NCBI GenBank assembly: GCA_964352215.1
Contig: CAYGRE010000005.1
Span: 18,527 to 82,526, forward strand
Source: an uncultured Bacteroidia bacterium
Lineage (GTDB): Bacteria > Bacteroidota > Bacteroidia > J057 > JADKCL01
Direction of reading: 5' to 3'
DNA length: 64,000 nucleotides
Shown here: positions 12,001 through 21,000 of the stretch, one piece after another
How positions within the stretch are numbered: position 1 is the first letter of the stretch
Layout of the letters: each line of letters opens with the position of its first letter
Notes under the pieces: model-generated
The model's database searches: none
What the model was told of the DNA's origin: nothing
What the model saw: only the letters and a program-made list of their open reading frames with translations
Made by a program: the position numbers and the translations under genes

Positions 12001-15000
12001 GCCGGTTCCCCAACTGTAAGTAAAGGGTGCTGTGCCTCCGGTTGCGGTGGCAGTAATGCTTCCGTCGGTTGCACCGTTGCAACTGACATTGAAGCCGCAA
12101 TTGTAAAGGCTGGGGACCATGCTGACCGCAATCGCGGTTGGTTCGTTCACCGAGACATTCGCGGTTGCGGTACAATTGTTGGCATCGGTTACCGTCACGG
12201 AGTAAGTTCCTCCGGAAAGTCCGGTTGCAGTCGCAGTGGTCTGGCTGCCAGCGGCGACATCCCACAAGTAGGTATAGGGAGCAGTGCCACCCGTAGCCAC
12301 AACTGCAGCTTGTCCATCTGCGGCACCACCACAAGAGACGTCAGCAGCAGAAGTACTGAGGCTGAGGGCTGCAGGTTCCGCAATGGTGACATTGGCGGTT
12401 TCAGTACAGCCATTGGCGTCGGTCACCACCACACTGTAAGTACCACCAGAAAGACTGGTTGCAGTTGCGGTAGTCTGACTTCCGGCGGCAACGTCCCACT
12501 GATAGGTATAGGGTGCAGTGCCACCAACCGCAGCAACTGCGGCCTGGCCATCTGCGGCACCGTTACAAGTAACGTCCACAAATGAAGTGGTGAGACTGAG
12601 AGCAGCAGGTTCTGCAATGGTAACGCTGGCGGTACCCGCACATCCATTGGCATCGGTGATGGTAACGGAATAGGTTCCTCCGGCGAGGCCGGTGGCGGTA
12701 GCCGTAGTCTGGCTTCCGGCGGCCACATCCCAGAGATAACTGAGAGGTGCAGTTCCACCAGTTTGACTGGCGGTGGCTTGTCCATCCGCAGCACCGTTGC
12801 AGGTGACATCGTTGTCAAGTGCAGCGGTAACGGTCAATCCTGATCCGGTTGTGATCACCACGCTGGTGGTCGCTGCGCAACCATTGGCATCGGTAATGGT
12901 AACCGAATAAGTTCCTCCGGCGAGGCCGATAGCGGTGGCGGTGGTTTGGGAACCAGCCGCGGCATCCCAGGCATAGGTGTATGGAGCACACCCACCCGTT
13001 GCGGAAGCAGTGGCTTGCCCATTTGCAAGACCCAGACAAGATTCATCCTGGACAACGGTAGCCGCAGCCACTAGCAAATCAGGCTCGGTGAGAACAACCG
13101 TGTCCGTAAGACTGCAACCATTGGCATCGCTGACAACTACCGTATAACCGCCCGCTGGTACGCCACTCAGTGTACCACCGGCTCCGGTCACCTCGACAAT
13201 CTCAATCGCACTGATCTTGGCATTGTCCACTACCGTCGTGAACACCAGATTCAAAGTATCGTCCGTGACATTGGCGACCGTAGTTTTAATTACCGCGGTC
13301 ATGGTGCCTACGTCGGCAATGATATCATAATTGGTCAGGAAGGGAGTTCCTTCTACTTCGACATTCATGATCCGGTCCCCGATATTGCCTGGCTGGCTGG
13401 GGGTTCCGGTGGCACCATGGTAGATCTCGGCAAAATGTAAACGCACTTCATAGACACCGTTGGCTACCGGAATGTGGTATTCCATCGCCGCGGCATAACG
13501 CTCGGTACGGTACAGTTGATCATCGGTGGTGCCGAGCACGTCGACGATATTGTTATTGACGTATTGTCCGGTTGGAGTCTGGAGAATGGTGAAATTCGCA
13601 GCATTGTCCGCGGCAAATACATCGCCATTGGTAGCGGTGAAGCTGCCTCCATTACCGGTATTGATGCGGATCGCATTCTGACCGGTTCCCCAGTTGTAGA
13701 CATAAGGAGCAGTGCCGCCGGTCGCGGTGGCGGTGATGCTTCCGTCGGTTGCGCCGTTGCAACTGGTATTGAAGCCACAGTTGTAAAGACTTGGTACCAT
13801 GTTGACTGCAATGGCAACTGGTTCGTTGACCGTTACATTAGCAGTTGCAGTACAGTTGTTGGCGTCGGTGACGGTCACAGAGTAGGTTCCGGCGGAAAGG
13901 CCGCCGGCCGTGTCCGTGGTCTGGCTGCCTGCGGCGACATCCCACAGGTAGGTATAAGGTGTACATCCCCCACTGACGGCAACCGTGGCAGAACCATTTG
14001 CATCGCCATTGCAATCGACATCAATGGCTGAAGTAGAGGTTGCCAGAACAGCGGGCTCGGTCAGGGTGATAGAAAGGGCAACGGTATCGCTGTTAGCATC
14101 GGTGACGGTTACAGCGTAAGTACCAGCAGCCAGTCCGGTTGCGGTGGCGGTCGTTTGTGAACCTGCTCCGGCATCCCACAGATAGGTATAAGGAGATACC
14201 CCGCCAGTGGCAGAGATGGTAGCAGTTCCGTCGGCCAGGCCATTGCAACTGATATTGTTTCCACAGCTGTTGGTTGGACTGCTTACGGTGGCGCTCAGAG
14301 GAGGAGTATTGGAACTACAGATCGAAATCGCCGAAATCGCCGCATTGTTTACACTGGACAGGAAGTCAATGTTAAGGGTACCGTCATTGACAGACACACC
14401 ATTGAAAGTATAAACATCGGCCGTCGCGGCACCCACCGTAGCGAAGATATCATAGTCGTCGAGCACAAGGCTGCCCTCAACTGTAACATCAAATACCCGG
14501 AGGCCATTGCCACCAGCTACTCCACCCGGAGCTCCAAAATAAGGTTCCATGAAGTAAAGGGTGACATCGTAAGTGCCATTGCCGGTAGGCAGGTTATAGC
14601 TGAAGTTGTTCCCGTAACGGTAAGCCAGGTAGAGGTCATCTTCGAGGGTTCCTGCAACCGGGAAGCTTTGAGTGCTGGGTGTATGTGTTCCCGTAACCCA
14701 GGAGGCGGGATTATCAGCAATAAAGGTATCCTGTACCGTACTGACATACTGAGGACCATTGACATTGACATTGAAGCAACCAGCCAAAGGACCAGATACC
14801 GTATCCACTCCAACCCCGAACAGATTGACATTCAAGGGGCTGTTGATGCCATCATGGTTAATGGTCAGGGTAGAAGAACGATTGCCCAGGGCCTGAGGTG
14901 TGAAATCGAAATTGTAAGTCACAGAGCTACCACCAGTCAAGGTCAGCGGCAAACTTGGTGCGCTTACAAAGGTAAAGTCAGGGTCACCGCTCAAGGGCAA

Positions 15001-18000
15001 GGCACTCAGGATAATATCCGTAGTACCGTTGTTGCTCAAGGTAAGGCCCAATTGGTTGTTGGACCCAAGAAATACGTTTCCAAAGTCGAGGTTTTGTCCG
15101 GAAAGACTCAGGACACCATCGGTTACAGCTGGCATGACATTGCAGACCAGGAATACATAATCCTGGTAGTCACCATTGGAAGCTTCTTCGAAGGCAGCCA
15201 GGTATGCATTTGGAATGATCACACCCTGGCGGTCTTTGGCAGGATACATGCGTACTGAGTGTGGGGTAGGCACAGATGCATTCAGCGCATCTTCGGAGTA
15301 GGCCGTATGTGCAGAACTGGTCGTATACCATCCAAATACGGCATTGCCCGGATCAAAATTGGTTCCTCCACTGGAAATGATCGGGTTCAGGGTTTGGTGC
15401 TGAGGCGTAACGCCTGACATTTCACCCACCTGGACCAGGGTTGGAGTTGCTCCGGGGAGGTAATAACCGTAAGGAAGAGGCTCAAGCGGTGAATAACGGC
15501 CCACTGGAATCATGGAGACATCACCGGGACCGGCCTTCTGGAACAGTGGTTCCAGCACTTCATCTCCGATGGCATTGGCAGTTGTACCCAGGATCAGGCC
15601 GGTTCCACCAACGTCAATATTGAAACCAAGGGTTTGTGCTACCCAGTGCAGTGGGGGTTCGTTGCTGCCTTCCAGGCCTTGCGCACTGACACCATAAAGG
15701 TCGGCACTCGCGGTTGGTGCTGCGGGATCGTTGGAAGCGAAATCCAGAGCCGCACTCAGTGCACCAGTCGTTCCGTTTGGATCGAAAGTCACATCCACGG
15801 TAGTAGATGCATAAGGAGGCAGGGTCACTGGCAAGGTTGGCACGCTGCTCAATGTAAACTGACCTGCATTGGCACCGGTAAGGGCAGCACCACTTACGAT
15901 CAGGGTATCAGTACCGTTGTTCACGACAGTAACGGTGACCGGACCATCTGTGGTTGTCTGGGTAGAAGCGAAAATGGCTTCTTCAGGAATAACCGCAATC
16001 TTTGGTACCCCTACGCTGTCATTGACAGGACGAAGTAGGGTGATACGGTTGCCACCGTATTCGGAAACATAGATGTGTCCGTTGGCAACGTTTTCACAGA
16101 GGTCAAGGGGGTTGTTGAATCCGGTAAATCCAATTACACCGGGTTCGTCGCTGGCGATGTCGCCATTGGGGCCACTGGGATCAAGAACGAGGATATCATC
16201 GTTGGCACTGTAACGGACGACCAACAATTTACCCTGGAGGTAACCGCCAAAGGCATCGTTTTTGTATTCAATCACTCCGTTGGGTGACTTGTGATCTCCG
16301 AAATCGAAGGCCGAACCGGCCCAGGCAATGTCGGGATCAGTTCCTACCGGATAGGCAGTTACTTCAGCTACATCGGTACCAGCTGTGGGGTTACCGCCAT
16401 TGAGGACGTACTCACCACGGGTTGGGTTCGGGCTACCGAAGTAGCGGTAAGGCCAGTTACCTCCTGAAGGGGCAGGCATCCGGAAGAGGAAGTCATGTTG
16501 GTTGGTGCTCACACCGTTCAATGCAGGAACAGTCGGACCACTGTAAGTAGTTCCGTCAGGACGGAGGGTTCCGGCCACGCTGGCCGGGGTATTTCCACCA
16601 GGTGCAGAACCATTGGTAGGAATATAAAGGTTGCCGTTGCTGTGCCAGACAAGGTCATAAGCATTTCGGGCACCGGGGCCAAAGATTTTCACTGCGGCGT
16701 TGGTGGCATAGGGGTCATAGGTTCCACCCTCTGAAGTCTGCACATTCAAGGGCAGGCTACTGTTGTTGAGGCTGGTGACATCAATCCGCAAGGTTGCAGC
16801 ACTGAGTAGGCGTTCCGGGCGGTTGCCCCAGGTATTGTCGGGAGCACCCATCGCGGTATTGGAACCTTGATTTACATAAAGCGCTCCATCGGGACCAAAT
16901 GCGAGGCTGTTGGTAACGTGGTCTTTGGTAGAACGGGGGAGATTCACGACAAAATCCTGGACATTCTGAAGGTTCTCACCGGTCAGACGGGTGATTTTTC
17001 CCTGCCAATCAGGTTGGCCGCTCAGGCCAAAGGAAGTATGGCTCACCCAGGCAATGAGGTTTTTGTCAGTAGAAGCAGGGTCAAATGCAAGACCGATCAG
17101 GAGGCGTGAGCCACCTTCTGCAGTTTGCAGACTGTTCAGGGTCTCCTGATTGGCCAGGGTACCGTCAGGATTGATGTCCCAACGATAAATCAGTCCGTCA
17201 ATACCGGAAGCATACAATTTGCCGTCAGGTCCGACCACCACGGTAGAGTAGGTATTACCATTGGTAATGGTCAATGGAATCTGCTCAAACTGTGGGATAC
17301 TGGATGCTGTGGTTGCATTTCCCGTCGTGAAGGTCATGGTGAAGGGAACAAATCCAAATCCTGATTCGTCCTGCAAGCCACTGGTTACTTCAAATGTGTA
17401 CTGCGTATTGGGCAAGAGCTGAACAGATGGGGTCAGAATGATGGCATCTCCACCACCAGTGGTATTCAGGACAGAAGGTACCGGTGTACTGGGTGAGCCG
17501 GTAGGATAAATCAAAACGGTGGTGCTGCTCAAAGTGGCAGAGTCGATGGCTGCATTGGGAAGGTTGACATCCGCGGTAACGGAAGTATTGACAGAAACAC
17601 CGGTGGCTCCATTGACAGGGGTGGTGGTGGTTACATTCGGGTTTTGTCCGCCAACGATTAAGGTTACGGAGGCAACTGCGGTACAGTTGTTGGCATCGGT
17701 TACGGTTACACCGTAGGTTCCGGCGGCCAGGTTGGTGGCAGAAGCGGTGGTTTGCGAACCGGCAGCAACATCCCAGAGATAAGTATAGGGAGAGGAGCCA
17801 CCGCTGGCGGTGGCGGTAGCGACACCATCACTGTTGCCACTGGTTGGAGCAGTGGTCTGGGAAGCACTTGCTGCCAATACCGGAGGATCGGTCAGGGTCC
17901 CGGATGCAGAAGATGTATTGCTGGCTGCGTCGGTAACGGTAACACTGAAGGTACCGGCAGCAAGACCTGTCGCGGTGGCAGTGGTCTGAGACCCGGCCGC

Positions 18001-21000
18001 AACATCCCAGAGGTAGGTATAAGGGGGTGTGCCACCATTGGCGGTGACGGTTAATGCGCCATCAGAGGCACCGGCACAGCTGATATCCGCACCATTGTAA
18101 TTAGAAGTGACCGCGACATTCGCAGTGAAGTTCGAAGCGCCAATAACCTGTACATTGTCGAAGATGCTGTTATTAATGGCACCATCGTTGTGAGAAGTCA
18201 CCGCCAAACCTACATACAGGGCCTGTGGCAGGGTGATGGTTTGGGTAGCTCCCTGTTGGGTCCAGGTGATTCCATCCGCACTGTAATAGCCCGTGAAATC
18301 ATTTCCGGAACGCACGATCCGCACCCACAAGGGCAGAATCTGGGTCGTTTGGTTGCTGTTGGAGATGGAAGTTCCTCCGGTTGTATTCCGGGATTGCCAG
18401 GACCAGCCATTGGCTCCACGCTTGAGCATCATGGCTTCAATCGAATTGGCATCGAGGGTTTCACGCATCATGACACCGGCCTTGGCCCATGGATTGGTAT
18501 TGGTGATACTGGTGACGCGGGCGATTACTTCACCATCTCCAACCAAGGTGGTATAGGCAAACTGGAATTCATCTGCAGTTCCCCAGATATCAACTCCGGA
18601 TCCATCCACGTACCAGGTGTCCGTAATTGAATTGTAACAACTTGCACCTACTGCGGCCACGTTTCCGATGTCCTGAGCAGCCCAGCCAATTGGCAGGGCG
18701 CAGGTATCACAAGTGGGAGTCGTCCCGTCAATGGTAGCGTTTCCAACGACGGTACAAAGGTTGGCATCGGTAATGGTCACTGAATAGGTACCATTGGTCA
18801 ATCCTCCTACGGTGTCGGTGGTGGCGCTGCCAGCGTTGGCATCCCAGAGATAGGTATAGGGCATTTGGCCCCCGGAAGGAGATGCGGTCAGCTCCCCGAG
18901 TCCGTTTTCAAGGCAGGCATCGACCTGGACCAGGAGTGGGATCACACTCAAGGTGACAGACCCGGTTGCGGTCTGGTTGAGGGCATCCGTAACTGTGACG
19001 GTATAGGTTCCTGCCCCTAAGCCGGTCAGGGTATCGGTGGTACCGCCATTGCTCCAGGTATAGGTGAGTGGGTATTGTCCATTGGTGACCTCTGCCCAAA
19101 TACTGCCGTCTACATCACCGACACATTCTATGTCGTTAATCAGGTTGACGCTTACCGTAAGCTGTGGGTTGACACCTTCTCCGGTCAGGACGATGGTATC
19201 AGGAGAGGTGGGTGCGTCGTGGGTGACGACAATATAAGCTGAACGCAGTCCTACCGTGGTGGGTGTAAATGTAAAAGGTACATCCACATTGCTGCCCCCC
19301 GAGAGGTTCAAGGGATAGGTTGGTGCTGTGAAAGCAAAGTCCCCCGCGTCCGCACCACCAATGGCAATGCCGGTAATGGTGAGGGTGCTGTCCACGGCTC
19401 CACTGTTGGCCAGGTTCAGGTTCTGAGCTGCCGATGTGGTCGCAACCTGCTGAGAGAAGAAGTGCAAAGGGTCCGGGGTAGCGACCAATGCTGCCGGAGC
19501 CGGATTGGCAGGACCCAGTGGTCCAACCACCTCAATCGCCCCCACCTTGGCATTCTGGATCACATTCACCCACTGGAGATCAAGTGAACCATCTTGTACA
19601 TTGACAATGATCGTTTCCTGGATCGCAGTCTGGTAACCGGCTTCTACCCAGATGTCATAGTCGTCCAGTACGACCTGCCCTTCCGCAACCACATCAAAGA
19701 CACGTAGATTGGCACCGTTGGCACCACTCCAGTTCTCGGAAAAGTGGAGGATCAATTCATAGTTTCCGGTGTCGGCCAGTGGGAAATTGTAAGAGAAGTT
19801 ACCGTACCGGTAGAATTGATAGAGGGGATCGTCCAGGGTGTTGGCGATGGCCAAACCACCGTTGGCAGTTCCCGAACCACCAGTAAAGTAATTGTCCGGT
19901 TCAAAAGTATTGCCGTTGACATCGATATGGGTGGTGCTGTTACAGTTGATCCGGTAGACACCCAGGTCCTGGAATCCTCCTCCGATCAGGGAAACACTCA
20001 AGGGGCCGCCAGCGCCGGTATGGTCTACAACCAGGGTGCCGGAACGGCCACCTGCCACGCTGGGCGTGTAAGTAATGTCGAGGTTGAGGCTGTCTCCTGC
20101 GGGGAGGTAATAGGGCAGGGTCCCACTGAAATTGCTGGTCCAGTCAGGATCACCGGTAAAACCAAGTGAGGTAATGAAGATACCCTGGTTGCCTCCGGTA
20201 TTGGTAATCGTGAAACTCTGCACATCCGAGTTACCGATGGTAATGGTTCCAAAGTCATAAGATCCGGGATTGCTGTTCAGGGTGCTGGCAAATACTGGAT
20301 TGCCGAGGGCCGGGCGAAGTCCGAAGAAGGAAAATGCCTCGATGGTATTCAGTTCGGGACCACCGCCGCGGTTGCCGGAACCGGCTGCGACGTAGAGAAC
20401 ACCGTTGTTGGAAATCATCGAGGTACCGTGACGGCCATCAATCATGTTGTCCAGTGAACGCCAGGAATCAGTGGTCGGATTGTAAGCCTCTGTTTCCTCG
20501 TGTCCGGCAGATTGGGTACCGGATTCACCACCCGCAATGATGATTTCATCACCGATATGTCCGGCAAAGCAACCAGCACGCTGAGTAGGAATGTTGCTGC
20601 CCGTTCCCTGGGTCACCCAGGTATTGCTGGCAATGTCATAGACATCCACCTGGCCCACGGTGGGACTGAATACCTGTCCTCCGAACCCAGTGCGGCGTCC
20701 ACCTGCATTGTAGATTTTCCCGTCGAACACTTCCGCATGGTAGTGGTCCCTTTCGATGGGGGCATCTGCCAATTGGGTCCAGGTTCCCGTCCGGGGATCG
20801 TATTTGTCCACCCAGGGTACCCAGCCGTTTACGTGACCATTCTGGATACCACAAACTACATAGACCTCATCGTTGTAAACCACGATGCCGGCTGAACCTC
20901 TCCGGCGACTCACAGGGATTTCCGGTCCTACGTGCCAGGTATCGGTGGCGACGTTGTAGATATAGATATTGGGGACAGGGGTTTCATTGGGATAGCCTCC

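Larger units (their letters stand above)
11161..14280 (-). repeat. Higher-order tandem duplication, unit 1,680 bp (560 codons)
   Basis: Collinear matches at a constant 1,680-bp offset: 11641/13321, 12001/13681, 12121/13801, 12241/13921, 12421/14101. Confidence 0.85.

Noticed and set aside
11335-12585. 416 aa + strand ORF (and 619-1377, 5446-6132, 7300-8034, 10342-10836 and others on +)
   Set aside because: Antisense to the giant minus-strand gene. Their repetitive text (e.g. GTGSSRSTIVGIGNGHRI) is a shadow of the SprB-like codon pattern.
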